In this document: piece by piece, positions 14,240-26,789 of the stretch
How the letters are laid out: each line of letters starts with the position of its first letter
Numbering within the stretch: the stretch's first letter is position 1
Assembly (NCBI RefSeq): GCF_009914755.1
Contig: NC_060929.1
DNA: 64,000 nucleotides
Direction: 5' to 3' (one strand)
Source of the DNA: the human T2T-CHM13v2.0 reference genome, Homo sapiens
Notes under the pieces: generated by a model
The model's database searches: none
What the model was told of the DNA's origin: nothing
Seen by the model: only the letters and a program-made list of their open reading frames with translations
Position numbers and translations under genes: made by a program

Positions 14240-16010
14240 TCCTGTCATTCTCTCAAGAACTGTTCCATTCAGGCTTTCATTTTCACTACTGACAAACAAT
14301 TCTTTCTAAAGTCGTTGGTGATTTAATTCCATATTGCCAAGCCCAAACATCAATTCATAGGCTGCATCTTACTCAACCTACAAATAGTTGATCTCTCTCT
14401 TTTTCTTATTATACCTTCTTCACTTGGCTTCCAAAACACCATACTCACTTGGGTTTCCTCCTACCTCAGGGCTGTTCTACTCAGTGGCCTTCCTTGGCTC
14501 CTAATCACCTTGGTTTCTAAATATGACTGGAGTGCCCTAGTGCCCTGACGTCTTTGTCTACACTCGCGCCCTTGATGATCTCATTGGTTTCACAGCTTTA
14601 AATCCATCTTTCTGCTGATAATAACCAAATTTATATCTTCAGCTTGGACCTCTCTCTTCTGAACTCTAGGCTGCCAACTGCCTATTCAAAGCTCCATTTC
14701 ATTGTCCAATAGATGTCTCAAACTTAACATGCTTACAATTGAGCAACTGAATTTTATCTCTCAAACCTATTTCTACCCATAGTATCTTTTATTTTAGCTG
14801 CTTAGATAAAATCTTGGAGCGAGCCCTTCCTTCCTTCCTTCCTTCCTTCCTTCCTTCCTTCTTCCCTCCCTCCCTCCCTCCCTCTCTCCCTCCTTCCCTT
14901 CTTCCCTCCTTCCCTTCTTCCCTCCTTCCCTTCTTTCTCCTTCCCTCCCTCTCTCCCTCTCTCCCTCCCTCTTTCCTTCTCTTCCTTTCTCCCTCCCTCC
15001 CTTCCTCCCTTCCTCTCTTTCTCACACCTTCCCTGCTTCCTTCCTCCCTCCCTCTCTCCCTTCCTCCCTCCCTCTCTCCCTTTCTCTCTCCCTCTCTCCC
15101 TTTCTCCCTCCCTCCATTCCTTCCTCTCTTTCTCCTTCCTCCCTCCCTCCCTCCCTCCCTCCCCTTCCCCTCCCTCCCTCCCTCCCTCCCTTCCTCCCTC
15201 CCTCCCTCCCTCCCTCCCTCCCTTCCTTCCTTCCTTCCTTCCTTCCTTCCTTTCCCATATCTAATCATCACCAAATATTGCCACTATCTTAAAATATATA
15301 TCTGGAATCTGACTACTTCTTACCACTTTTATAGCATTATATCTCTGGTTAAACACCTAACCAGACAACTCCCTTCTGACGAAAACAGTCCCCTCCAGCT
15401 GTCAGTCTTCTCAAATGAAGGTTGCAGGGGGACCTGGACATTTGATCATGGGTGGGGGCGGGGGTGAATATATACATAGGTGGGTGCGTTTTTTTTGCAT
15501 AACTTACATGTTTGCATATAACAAGATGCTCAGGTTCTTTGGTTATTTCTGGCCTGATGACTGCATTAACCTCCTAGCTGGTCTTTATGCTGCCACCCTT
15601 GCCCTGGGCCCTAATCTATTTTTCACATGGCAGTTAGAATGGAAATTTAAAGACAGAGTAAATACAACTTTTTCTTCCCCTCTCTTAGTCCAGTCAATCT
15701 GGCCTCCTCACTATTCTGCAAATGTACTAAGCACACCTTCTGCTCAGGGCCTTCCTCTTGCTTTTACCTTTGGCCAAAATATTCTTTCCTCAGATATTGA
15801 CATGCTTCACTCACTTCGCTCAGGTCTCTGCCCAAATGCCCCATATGAAAGAGGCCTGCCCAAAAGAGGTGTTTGCAAATAGTACCCCTTTCATTTTCTC
15901 TTCTTTATTTGTTTTACTTGTCTTTGTAGCATTTATCATGACCTCACATATTTTTATTCGTTCCTGTTATTCTTTCACCCCTACCTTTCACCAAAAGAAC
16001 ATAGTGCCAT
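14240..16010 (+). mobile_element. L2 LINE (ORF2 end and 3'UTR relic), interrupted by a pyrimidine repeat and a short insertion
   Basis: cttggcttccaaaacaccatactc, tctcaaacttaacatg, cctcctagctggtct, ctcagggcctt are L2 words in consensus order. Confidence 0.75.
14824..15256. repeat. About 430-bp polypyrimidine/polypurine simple repeat, (TTCC)n-(CCCT)n
   Basis: Almost pure C/T on the + strand; explains the spurious low-complexity ORFs 14789-15467. Confidence 0.97.
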
Positions 16011-16059
16011 GAAAATTATGTTTTATTCATTGCTAAATCTATGATGCCTAAAATGATTC

Positions 16060-16483
16060 TGTCTTGGTTGGGTATATTTCCTGGAAATGAGACTTGTGAC
16101 TAGAGTGCAGGAGATTTCCTGAGCACGTCTGCAGGAGTACCATCTGTGAGGATGTGAGGATGCAGGATTGAGCAGAAGTAGCTGTAGAACTGAGTGGTAA
16201 CTGCAAGTGCGTCTGCAGCCTACAGTCTGGGATAGCCCTTGGGTTGCCCTGAATTTAGGCAAGGGGCTAGACCTTTGTGCCCAGAAATGAACAGTCACTG
16301 GATCTGGGCTGCTACTGGAGAAGAGGCATAATCTTGGACCAAGGCAGCTTTCTTCTAGTGAGAGGAATTCTTGGTGAGGGACTCAGCTTAAAGGCTTGGG
16401 TAGCCAATACTCCCAGTGGCTGTGGGAATGAATGAGCCAATCGTGAAGGAGGGATGCGAGTGGCATTCCACAGCACCCCCTAT
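16060..16483 (-). mobile_element. ERVL solo LTR (LTR16/LTR40-like)
   Basis: tgtcttggttgggt...gggatagcccttgggttgccctgaatttaggcaaggggct...cacagcacccccta; subfamily uncertain. Confidence 0.55.
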
Positions 16484-17134
16484 AAGTGCTTGACATGTGG
16501 TTGATGTTCAGAAATCTCTGATGAGTGACTACATATTGGAAGCCCGAATGCCATCCTGGCACTGATGGTGCTTCTTGGTCTGAGGTGTTCCTGTGTTACG
16601 CCATCACTTTTAACCCTGAGCACTCAGCGTGTCCTGTGCTTCCTGCTCACCACCAACCAGCCACTGCCACAGCTTCCCAAGGTTGGGAGCTGCAGAGGGG
16701 ATGCAGAGACCATAGGCAGGGTCAGCCCCAGAAATCAGAGAGGGGCTTTCAGCTTTGGAAAGTTGGCACCAGACATAAAAGTGGCAGGCATCTCTGCCCT
16801 GTGTCCTCTGGAACGAGATGAAGAAGCGAATGTTTCCTAAGAAGGTGACACATTGCTTTTGTGCAGATCTTACCTAGAGATTCTTGAATATGGAGAAGGA
16901 ACCATCAAGCTTGATACAAAGCAGCTGAAAAGCTTTTAGAGTCTGTGATTCTAAAAATTATGCCACATCATAAGCTCAGCTTGCTTTCAGTGTCTCAAGC
17001 CTACAAGATTTACGTCCCTGGAACACCAGAAGCAACATAAGCAAAGGTGCCATCATTCATTTACTCATTTGACAAGTTTCTGTTAAATGCCAGGGTGTAT
17101 CCTAGGTGGGTGGTAAATACACAAAATATAAAAT

Positions 17135-17350
17135 ACTACTAACTGCCTTTTAAATAATTCTTACAATGTGCTGGGCACTATGCTAAGGAGTTTACTGCAT
17201 GGATTACCTGAGTCCATCTCAACAGCAAGTCCATAAAGGTACTATTTTCCTTATTTTATTTTTTTGTTTATAGTTAGATTACATGACTTGCTCAAGGCCA
17301 CATGACTAATAAGTGGCAGAGTCTGGATTCTAATCAAGATGTTTATGTTT
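17135..17350 (-). mobile_element. MIR SINE
   Basis: tgacttgctcaaggccacatgactaataagtggcagagtctggatt is the reverse MIR head. Confidence 0.75.
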
Positions 17351-17564
17351 GTAATAGACTCTAATATAGTCTCTCTCCAAATAAAAACAGCAAGACATAC
17401 TCCCTGCCCTCAAGTGGTTACAGTCCAGTTCAGAGACAGATCAATAAATGAAATCAGCCTTCTAAGTGAGGGAGCCAAGATGTACTTCTAGGTCCAAGTC
17501 TCAAGGCCATGTTCTTTCTTCTCTACCTATTTGCATACTTTGAGATTAGTAGATTTTCATATTT

Positions 17565-18340
17565 CTAGTGGCTTAGTCAGGATTCTTTCAGCTGCAAGTC
17601 ACAGAAGAGCCATTGGAAAGTGGTTTAAACAATAGAATTACTGCACATAAGAAGAGCTCTGGAGGCAGGTAGTACCTGGGTTGGCTGGTTTGGTAGGTCA
17701 GTGGGGTCAGGCCTTTGAGTCGGCTTCTGCATGACACTTTCCCAATTCTGTACTCAGCCATTCTGAAGGATGGGGCTCCATACATGGTGGTGGTGAGTTT
17801 TATGAGTCACAATAGAGAAGACCCCGTATCAAAGACCCTGTACTATATAGGGCTGGGTGAAGATATACACAGGAATCGAGGGGGACCCACTGCCTCAGTT
17901 CACTTTGCTTTTTACCTAAAATCAATCAATCCCTCCCTCCCTCTCTCCCTCCCTCCCTCCCTCCCTTCCTTCCTCGCTCTGTTGCCCAGGCTGGAGTGCA
18001 GTGGTACCATCTCAGCTCACTGCAGCCTCCCCCCACCGCCCCTGTCGGGTTCAAGCAATTCTCCTGCCTCAGCTTCCTGAGTAGCTGGGATTACAGTGCC
18101 CACCACTACACCAAGCTAATTTTTGCATTTTTAGTACGTACGGGGTTTTGCCATGTGGGCCAGGATGGTCTTGAACTCCTGACCTCAAGTGATCCTCTTG
18201 CCTCAGCCTCCCAAAGTGCTAGGATTACAGGCATGAGCCACTGTGCCCGGCCAAACCTCCTCTTTTCAAAAATATTAACTGTACCCCAGCCCAGTGAGTC
18301 AGGGTCTTGGGGGCACCAGGCCTAGGTTTAGGTTCCAGGT
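17565..18340 (-). mobile_element. MaLR LTR relic (MLT1-type), interrupted by an Alu
   Basis: ttagtcaggattctttcagctgcaagtcacagaa...tggtttaaacaat; right boundary uncertain. Confidence 0.55.
17931..18252 (-). mobile_element. AluS/J SINE with A-tail replaced by (CCCT)n
   Basis: ctcgctctgttgcccaggctggagtgcagtgg...gagccactgtgcccggcc; no clear TSD. Confidence 0.93.
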
Positions 18341-19639
18341 GGATGGGCTGGACGTAGCCCAGGGGTTGCAGAGCAATCGTAAGGGGAGCACCTGAGGGAA
18401 CCCAGATTGAGGGCCAAGCAGAGAGGTTGACCAAAACCACAGCCTAGGAGACCAGGAAGCAATGCAGAAATAATGAGAGAAATCCAGGAGATGGAGGCCA
18501 AGTGAGCCAGCATGCAGTGGAGGTAGGAAGTTGTGTCTGTGGTCACTCCTGGAAGTGCTTGACTTAACCCACATGGGACTTTTTATGGGACTTTCTTGGC
18601 CAGGTTCCCTTCAACAGCTAGGGGAAAAGCTGAACTAATTGAGGCACAAATAGAGGAAAGAAACAAATGTGGGAAAGAATAGCAGGGATGCTTCCCATTC
18701 CCGTGTCCAAGTAACTGTCTAAGGGCCTGGGGGAGGACGGATGATGCTACCTGAGTTTTGTTCTTAAAAATGTTCAGAATTGCAACATTGATTATCCACT
18801 GCTGAGACATAGTACTTTTAATGGGAAAATATTTTTGGATAAAATCTAGAGGAATATGAGGCACTAAAGCAGTCTCCCTTGTTTTGCAGGGTCTTGATGG
18901 AGAAGGCGACACATTCGCCCGTTAGTCCTGTAATCAGTGCACCACACACTGATTCTGGTACTCACTCAAGGAAGTCGCCTTGTGTTTTTTTCTTCCTGGA
19001 ATAAAGTGTTACTTACTACTGTGAACATCTTTCACTGGGTTCATGAACAATGTAGCAGAACTGAGTGATAAACAGAATGCTGTCAAGTATATATCTTCCC
19101 ATAATAGATCCTATACCTTAAAATGCCTACAGGGAACCACTTTTTAAAGTCTATAATATGCAGTAGTTTTGATACGACTGGTTGAGCCATGCAGAAATGA
19201 TTAAAAAAAAAGAGTAATAAATTCAGATTTTACACCAGGCACCAAGCATTAAGCCAAAATGAAACTACCATACTCAAATCTTCTACAGCTTAGAGCTAAT
19301 TAGATCTACATTTCCGAATGGCATGAGCATCATGCGATGTGGCAACTGTTATAATAACTATATTCTCATTGAGTGCCGGGTGGTGATTTACACCAGCAAA
19401 GCCTGCCAGGGCTAACGGATGTTCTATGAGAAAATCTCTGGGGGCTCTGAAACAAGAATCGGAGTCTTACCTTTGAGCATCTTTCCTCACTGGACTCCTA
19501 GTGATTGCATTGATTATTTGGAAGGGCAGAGATACAGCCCAGAGGTCAGCCACATCCCTGTGAATTTTAATTACTGCTGAAACACAGTGTTTCAGATAAT
19601 GACTGAGTTTTACATAGATTTGGGGAGATGTGATAGTTT

Positions 19640-19750
19640 GTACTACCTCTTGGGATTGCTGTGAGGATCAAGTATGACTATGTCTATTAAGTTCTTACCA
19701 TAGTACCTAACACATAGTAAGCACTCAATAAATGGTAGCTCTTGTTAAAA
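19640..19750 (+). mobile_element. MIR 3' half
   Basis: ttgctgtgaggatcaa...acacatagtaagcactcaataaatggtagct. Confidence 0.8.
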
Positions 19751-20299
19751 ATAAATGCCCCATCTATGGGTTGGAATGTATAGTTGGTCCTAGATTGACT
19801 TTGGCTCTAAAAGGAGGCTGTATTTCAACGGATGCTGGGTAGTTAGTGATTTTAATGCCCTGGATTTCCCCAGAAAATTACATAAGCAAAGGTAATCCAG
19901 GGTCTCTGTTTGTCCTGGCTGATGTTCCACACGTGTAAATATGCTTAGCTCTCGCCTGAGAAATACAGGCTTGATTCAGTGGGAAGTGTGTCTGCACTTT
20001 TCAGCCCCCACTCCTCCTTTATGAAGAGAACCTGTGTGCTGGTGGGAAGAGCTCCAATTTACCTGCAAACCAGGCATTGAGAGCACAGAGCATTCCTCCT
20101 GGCTTGCTGGAGGCCAAGTGGAATGACAAGAGAGGATTCCTCACAAATGCCACCCAAAGACATGATCTGAGGAAGAGTTAGAGTGGACTGTCTTCCTAGG
20201 AAACCAGATTGCTATATTATAATGACAATGACAATGATATTATTAGTACTTGCTGAATTCTTCTTAAATTCATTATTAATCTTTTAAATGAAACTCAGA

Positions 20300-20411
20300 T
20301 ATAACGAATGCTGCTTCTCTGCCAAGATCTGGGCCAAGCCTTTTATCTGTTTGATCTTTTCTGATCCTCTCAATGACCCCGTTATGTGGATATTATGCTC
20401 CCCCACCCCCC

Positions 20412-20456
<45 letters not shown>

Positions 20457-20590
20457 ACACTTTTTTTGGACAAGGAAACAGATTCAGTATGGTTACATGA
20501 CCTAGCCATTAAGGTCGCTCAATTAATTGGTGAACTGGAGACTAACCCAGTTTTTTCCTGACTCCAAAAGCCATGATCTTGCCATAGTCC
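20300..20590 (-). mobile_element. MIR containing a (CA)n microsatellite at 20413-20460
   Basis: aaggaaacagattcag...cctgactccaaaagccatgatctt; about 23 CA units read directly. Confidence 0.7.
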
Positions 20591-20899
20591 CATGTTCCCT
20601 ACTGGGAAGGTTGTGGGATTGCATTTGTTCAGCTTCCTTAGATGCTCCCAAGTTTTCAGTACATGACCTCATGCTTCTTGGCTACCAGTCAAGGAATGAA
20701 TCAGTCCTCCCCCAGCCTTGATTGATCCCCTGCCTTGTGTTGCACCACACCAGTTAGAATGAGGCATAAATTAAAAAGCATGAGACATGGTCCTTGGCTT
20801 CAAGGAAAGAGCTCCCTTGAAGCATTTAGTGAACAGCACAGTACAGTATACAATCAAAGCCTAGCATGGCAGCAACAGAAGCAGGTGCCAGGTAGCTCA

Positions 20900-21035
20900 C
20901 AGCACCAACTTCTTGCATCCCCTGCCAGACATCTCTAATTCTTTACGGCACTCTTTCCTCATGATTCTGGATATGGTCTCAGAATCCTTCTCAACACAGC
21001 ACCTCAGGGAATCACAACCACTGGAGCTAGTCACA
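20900..21035 (+). mobile_element. hAT-Charlie MER102-like fragment
   Basis: cagacatctctaatt...ggcactctttcc...ctcagaatccttctcaacacagcac; paralogous segments at 39760-39900 and 40330-40495. Confidence 0.6.
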
Positions 21036-21384
21036 CACTCCTCTAGGGGTTGTTCTTATTCAAAGGAGCAGATAGCTGGGGACCCATGAGGCTTTAAGAG
21101 GAGTCCATGAAGGCTTTAAGAAGATGATGAGTTCAAGCCTAATCCAAATGAAGGGGAGCATTTAGGTGTGAGATTGTAAGAAAGGATGGTATTCCAGGCA
21201 GAAAGAAGTGCGTTAGTAAAGTCTCTGAGTTGAGAGTGAGGGAACCGCCTCCTGGGAACAGGGAAGGGAGTAACTTTCCTAATGTGGATGCTCTTGGGGC
21301 AGGAAGAATGAGATTGAATAGGACTTTTTTTTTTTTGACTCGCTTTTGACCTATTTATGCACATCATAGTCTTTCTCAGAGATA

Positions 21385-21600
21385 ATAAGATAGTAAGAAT
21401 ATTAACTCCTAGGTATTGAGGTTATCATGCCAGTCATACTGCTTACTGCGTGCATGCATTGTCTTGTCCTCAGAACATCCCTGCAAGGCAAGTATCAGTA
21501 TTCCCACTTGGCAAAGGAGAGTAACTAAAGCTTAGAAAGAATAGGTTGTGTAGCTAGTTACATAGCTGGTAAGGAATGTTACTGAAATTCAAAACCATTT
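21385..21600 (-). mobile_element. MIR SINE
   Basis: attcccacttggcaaaggagagtaactaaagcttagaaag...gaaattcaaaacca. Confidence 0.6.
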
Positions 21601-21663
21601 TAGAGATGTTACCAAAAAATATCTGATACTATCGACTTTTTCTTTCCAGCATATTCCTCCCCT

Positions 21664-21842
21664 GCACAAGTGCACAAACACATGCACATATAAACTCACA
21701 GTGCACATACATACAGTCTCACACACATAGACTCACCTATACATATACCACATATAGATGCATCCATGAATACACACATATGCACATGGCATACACACAT
21801 ACATATCCACACACACTCATACCACCTACATACATAAACACC
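21664..21842. repeat. Degenerate (CA/TA)n low-complexity tract
   Basis: Alternating cacatatacacac pattern. Confidence 0.8.
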
Positions 21843-22609
21843 ATTCTTCTGGCAATAGTTACTGCTCTTTGATCCCCGGGGTAAATGTATGGCCCAGAAC
21901 AGGACAAGCCAGGTTTTCTCCCAGCATTTGGATCTTGAGCAGAGACACATAGAGACAGAAGAAAGCAGAGTTATCTGATAGTAGCATTCTTGAGAGAACG
22001 CCATGGGTGACCAACATCCCCGAGCTGACTCGTTCTTGTCCTTCTTATGCTTCGTTAACCAACTTTACCTTTTATTCTACCAGCCACATTGTAGACTTCC
22101 AAGAACTGCTTTTTTACCCCTTAAGTCAATTTCTGTTGCTTGCCACCAAAGAGACCTAATTGACATAAATCATCTCTTCAGTTCAGCCAATACATGTTAC
22201 TGCAATGAAGGGGTCCATTCCCGGGAGAATTGTGGTCTGTGAAATGCTGAAGGCAAGGAAGGAGTGTTTTGTTGCTTTGTTACAATATTGTCCGTGGGGT
22301 TAGGTCATGATGTAAATGAAGCTGGCATATGAGGGCCTTCTAGAATTTAGAGTAATAAACCATTTATAGAGGAGATCAGGACAGATTACTCTTGTTCTGA
22401 ATCCATGAATTATGAAGTCTGATCTGATGTTAATTTTCTTGGTTGTAGCTTGCTTTCTGTTTTTCTTCACCCCCTTTCTTTCTGGTACTCATATGGTGGT
22501 TAAGTAATACATGACTCCTTCTCCCTTCAATACTTTGGAAAGTATTTACTGGAGCATTCCATGGAATGGCTGATACTCTGGGGAATACAGAAGTAGCTCA
22601 TAATGCAGA

Positions 22610-22780
22610 GACAGAAATTTAGAGCTGGGAGATACATTTAAAATAGTGTGGTCTAACCCTTCTTATTCTTACAGAAGAAAAAACAGAAGCTCAGAGCAGT
22701 TCAGTAACTGAAGTAGGATCACAGAGCATAGTAGTAAGGCTATGACTACCTACGTCTGAATTTTTAGTTCAGAGATATTT
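22610..22780 (-). mobile_element. MIR3-like SINE
   Basis: ttagagctgggaga...tctaaccctt...ttacagaagaaaaaacagaagctcagag. Confidence 0.65.
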
Positions 22781-23540
22781 ATGGTTTCTGATCGGACCCT
22801 TGGAATCTAGATGTGGAGATGGGGCATGCAAACAGGAAGAAATTAGTAAACCCATTCCTGCAGCAAGTAACCATCTTCCTGTTCAACTGTGTGGTTCTGC
22901 AGAAACCAGAATGGTCTCTAGCCTATGCTGGAAACTTGATGCTTCCGGATGCTTTCCTTCCACAGCATCATGACTTATCTCTCTCTTTCATTCCAAATTT
23001 GGGATTTTGAAGGTGATAATCACCGAAGGAGAGAGGAAGGTCTCTTATGTCAATGGTACCCCAATGAGGTACATAAAGTATACAGAACTGCCTCACACCT
23101 GTAGGCACAGAGAAACCCAATGGATGAGAGAGACAGGTGCCAGGTATAGAGTGACTTTTAGTACATTAATTCTGCCTAATAGAAAAATGTGGATGTCAGT
23201 CTCTTGCCATCTCATCAATCAAATAATGAGTAGCTGTTAATGACTACCTTAGGTTTTCTTGATCTCTGAAGCATAAGACACAATGGACCATTTTTGATTT
23301 CTCAAAGTTTAATTTGTCCTTGACTCCTGTGATATCACAATTACTTGCTTTCCTTATTTCTGGTTGTTCCTCCTCAGTATATTCTATGGCTTTTTTTTTC
23401 TCCTATGGTTCCTTTAAATTTGGTGTCCCACAAGGTTTTATGTTTGATATGTCTCTCTTCTTGGTCTGTGATCTCCTTCTAGTCAACTTTATTATGGTGA
23501 CCATCTTCTGTTTTGGCTCACTTAGCATCCATTCCACCTT

Positions 23541-23667
23541 TCTTTTTTCTTTTTTTTGAGACAGGGTCTCACTATGCTGTCCAGGCTGGTTTTGAACTCT
23601 CAAGCAATCCTTCTACCTCAGCATCCCAAAGTACTGGGATTACAGGCATGAGCCACTGTCCCCAGCC
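23541..23667 (-). mobile_element. FLAM-type Alu monomer
   Basis: Single left arm with T-tail; degenerate TSD attccacctt / attctaccct. Confidence 0.9.
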
Positions 23668-23859
23668 ATTCTACCCTTGTTTTAGTATATGCAAATTGAT
23701 TTGTGTTGGTAGAACCAACAAAGCCTTTACCACTCTTAGTGTTCTAAGATTCTGGTGTGCTAGTAAGTGTTTAAAAACCAGCATTTGGGGGAGGGGAGGG
23801 GAAAACCATAATTTGTAGCATTCCACTGGCATCAATACTCTCATCATGGACAAAATCTA

Positions 23860-24230
23860 TTAATTCAACATGTATTTATTGAGCACCTAATACATGCCAG
23901 GAGGTACTGTTTTAGAAATCAGGAATCCACAAGGTGAACAGAACCATGGATTTTGTATGCTCATGGATTTTATATTCTCATGAATTTTATATGCTCATGA
24001 ATTTTATATTTTATATATGGAGATAGATAAACAAATAATTAAATACATATATTAATAAGATAATATCAGATATTAATAAGTGCCATAAAAATAAAGTAGA
24101 ATAAAGGGGCAGTGAGTGATTGAGGTAGGGCATTATCTAATCAGTGTGGTCAGGGAGGTCTTCACTGAGAAACTGACATTTGAGTCAAAATTTGAATGAG
24201 AAGTGAACAGTGTAAGAGCTGGGGAAACAG
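23860..24230 (-). mobile_element. L2a 3' fragment with an internal 17-bp tandem repeat (23945-24010)
   Basis: attcaacatgtatttattgagcaccta; unit tcatgRattttatatKc in about 4 copies. Confidence 0.75.
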
Positions 24231-24239
24231 TCAAAACTT

Positions 24240-24545
24240 GCAGCCTGGAATTTCTGCTGGATTTGTTTGGAAGGAGGTAGTATTTTTTCATGGAGGTTAA
24301 AATTTGTAGGATGTCAGCCTGGAGGTGCTGGTGGCCATTTATGCACCTTGAAGGAAGAGAAACACTGAGATAGATGGAGAAAGACTGATTCCTTATAGTA
24401 ATATTTGGACGTTTAAACATTTGGACATCCTCAAATAGCTGGGTCTAAAGCCAGCACATCCCTGCATTTTTTAGATACATGAGCCAATAAATACTACCTC
24501 CCCCACCTCTTATGTGGTTAGGAGAATTTGTGTCTTAACTAATGT
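24240..24545 (+). mobile_element. ERVL LTR33-like fragment
   Basis: gctggtggccatt...tacatgagccaataaat. Confidence 0.5.
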
Positions 24546-24559
24546 CTTTACTAATATGC

Positions 24560-24990
24560 GTATCTATCCCCATGTCTTCAAATACTACTTACATGTAAAT
24601 GACTGTAAAATCTCCACCTCCACCCCTCTCAAATCTAATTCTAAACTCCAGGCACATATATGCAGCTACCTATTAGGTATCTTCACCTGCAGGATTTAAT
24701 TCAGCATTTTTCTTCCCCAAACTGCTCACTCTATTTTCTATTTCTACTCACCAAGCCAACACCCTACTGACACTCTGTATTATTTTTCTCCTTCAACCTC
24801 TATAACAAATTAACCATGAATTTCCATGGAATCTGTCTCATAAATATCTCAGGAGCACACCCTCTTCTCTTCATTCCCACTACCTAAGTGTAGACTAGAT
24901 TATAATAAAATAGTCCCTTTTCCATGTCTCCCTGAATCCAGTCTTCCTTCCCTATAATTTTAGTTTTCACTGTGTGGCCAGAATAAGCAT
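24560..24990 (+). mobile_element. L2 fragment
   Basis: gactgtaaaatctc...actccaggcacatata...cagtcttcc...tggccagaat. Confidence 0.65.
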
Positions 24991-25042
24991 TCCTTTTTAT
25001 ATATTAAAACATTTACTTAATAGTAAATTTGACTTTAGGCCT

Positions 25043-25424
25043 TGTGTCAGTCAAGATTCCCCACAGAAACAGAATCAATGGAATATATGTGCATATATAT
25101 GTAAAAAGAGATTCATTTTAAGAAATTGGATCATGCAATTGTGGGGGCTGGCAAGTTTATGACTCTGGAATTTCAGGCAGGACTTCTGTTACAGTCTTGA
25201 GGCAGAATTGTTTCTTCTTTGGGAAACAGCCTTTGCTCTTAAAGCCCTCAAATGACTGGATGAAACCCATTCATATCATGGAGAATAATCTACTTTACTT
25301 CAACTCAACTAATCATAAATGCAAATCACATCTACAAAATGCCTTCAACAGCAACACCTAGATTAGGGTTTGACCAAACAGCTGGGCATCATGGCCAAGC
25401 CAACACGTAAGATGAACCACCACA
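25043..25424 (-). mobile_element. ERVL solo LTR (MLT2D/B-like)
   Basis: TG...CA termini, perfect 5-bp TSD ggcct at 25038-25042 and 25425-25429, cagaaacagaatcaat and ggggctggcaagt motifs. Confidence 0.9.
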
Positions 25425-25539
25425 GGCCTAGACCAGCCATTACAGACCTGGCTGCCTCCAGACATTGAAAATTCCTGGATTATTTCAAGAATTTCCTCAG
25501 AAGGCAGGCTGAGGTAGCCGAGGGCCCAAGGCATAGTTT

Positions 25540-25835
25540 AGTTGCAGGAGAATCATCTGGGTCCTTGTTAAAAATGTCGGTCTCCTGACTTTATTCCCAG
25601 GGGATTCTGATTCCAAGGCCTAAGGCTGGTAATGAGATTAATTTTATGGGCCTCCACTAAGATTTAAGTCAACTACAAAAGATTGCAGAAAGTGTCAAAG
25701 GGTGTCTCGTGGTAAAAGCAAGTATTACTTGAGTGACATTTTTTGTTTCAGTTATGAGAGTGTGGGAGACATGTTGTAAAATGTATTTCTAACTGTGGGT
25801 CAGAGTCAAGGCCAAAGTAAGTTCGACAGCCTCTG
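25540..25835. mobile_element. hAT-Charlie MER fragments (MER5A-like plus a second element)
   Basis: agaatcatctggg...ttgttaaaaatg...gattctgattc; tatttctaactgtgggtcagagtcaa. Confidence 0.55.
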
Positions 25836-26789
25836 GTTGGGGATATGATCTGTATTCACTCTGGTGACATGAAGTGGCAAGCCACTCTCTCCTCTTTTAT
25901 TACATGGACTTCTATTGCCATGGACCACAGCACCCTTCCTTCCTTGGGCAGTTTCTTCATTGTCTCGTCTCCCTGAGTCCTGTGGTTATGGAGTAATGAA
26001 AGGACAAGGGAGCAAGGGGACAAACAAGGATATGAAATCTCCATTTCAACACCCGCTTCCCCCGCCCCCAGCATCCTCCTCCTACCCACCATCTCCTCTT
26101 CTGTCATCCCTGGAGTCCCTCTTTGCAATTTGTATGACTTTCTGTTGCCTGTACTGCAGGGACGGCAGAAGCCTGAAGTCAGATGTAGGGTCAAGCACCC
26201 TGCAGAGCAGATAGCAATAGCAAAGTGTACTTTAATAACTCTCAGCTCCTGAGCAGCTCTGGGAGCCAAACTCGAGATTTCTAGTGCTGTTCCTCCTCGG
26301 CTTGCTGGCCTGAGGGGAGACCTGACTGATGGCTTTGAATATCCATCAACAAATAATAAATAATAATAATAATCTGTTTGCCGCAGGGTTTAGGAGCCAG
26401 GGAGGCTGGGTTTGCTGATGCTTTCTCCCTTCTTAATACAACCTTAAAGTCAATTTTGAGCAGAAACTATAGTAGCTCTGGGCCACATGCATTTCTTCTT
26501 GCCACCATCCTTAAGTCTGATTCCCCAGGTTGGGACTCAAGAGGGTGAAGTTGTGACATGAGTGGTGTGTTTGCGGTGACCCTGGATTCCCAGGTCCGGA
26601 TGCCTGAGGTCTTCTTTCCTCAGAGGTACCGTATCTCAGGCAACTTCATGCTCTCAAACATCCCCATGTCCTGCTCCTCTCCCAGATTCTGGTTTGAAAA
26701 GACCCAGGTTGAGTCAAGGTCTTTGCGTGTGAGGGGGTAAACCCTCAGTAAAACATGCCCTCCATCTTGATTAAGACCTTGGGCTTTTC

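Noticed and set aside
14789-15467. 161-aa and 217-aa ORFs (GREG / PSLP repeats)
   Set aside because: Translation of the (TTCC/CCCT)n simple repeat
18870-18965. Strong splice acceptor tcccttgttttgcag/G suggesting an exon
   Set aside because: No convincing donor or coding signal; cannot be supported without RNA data
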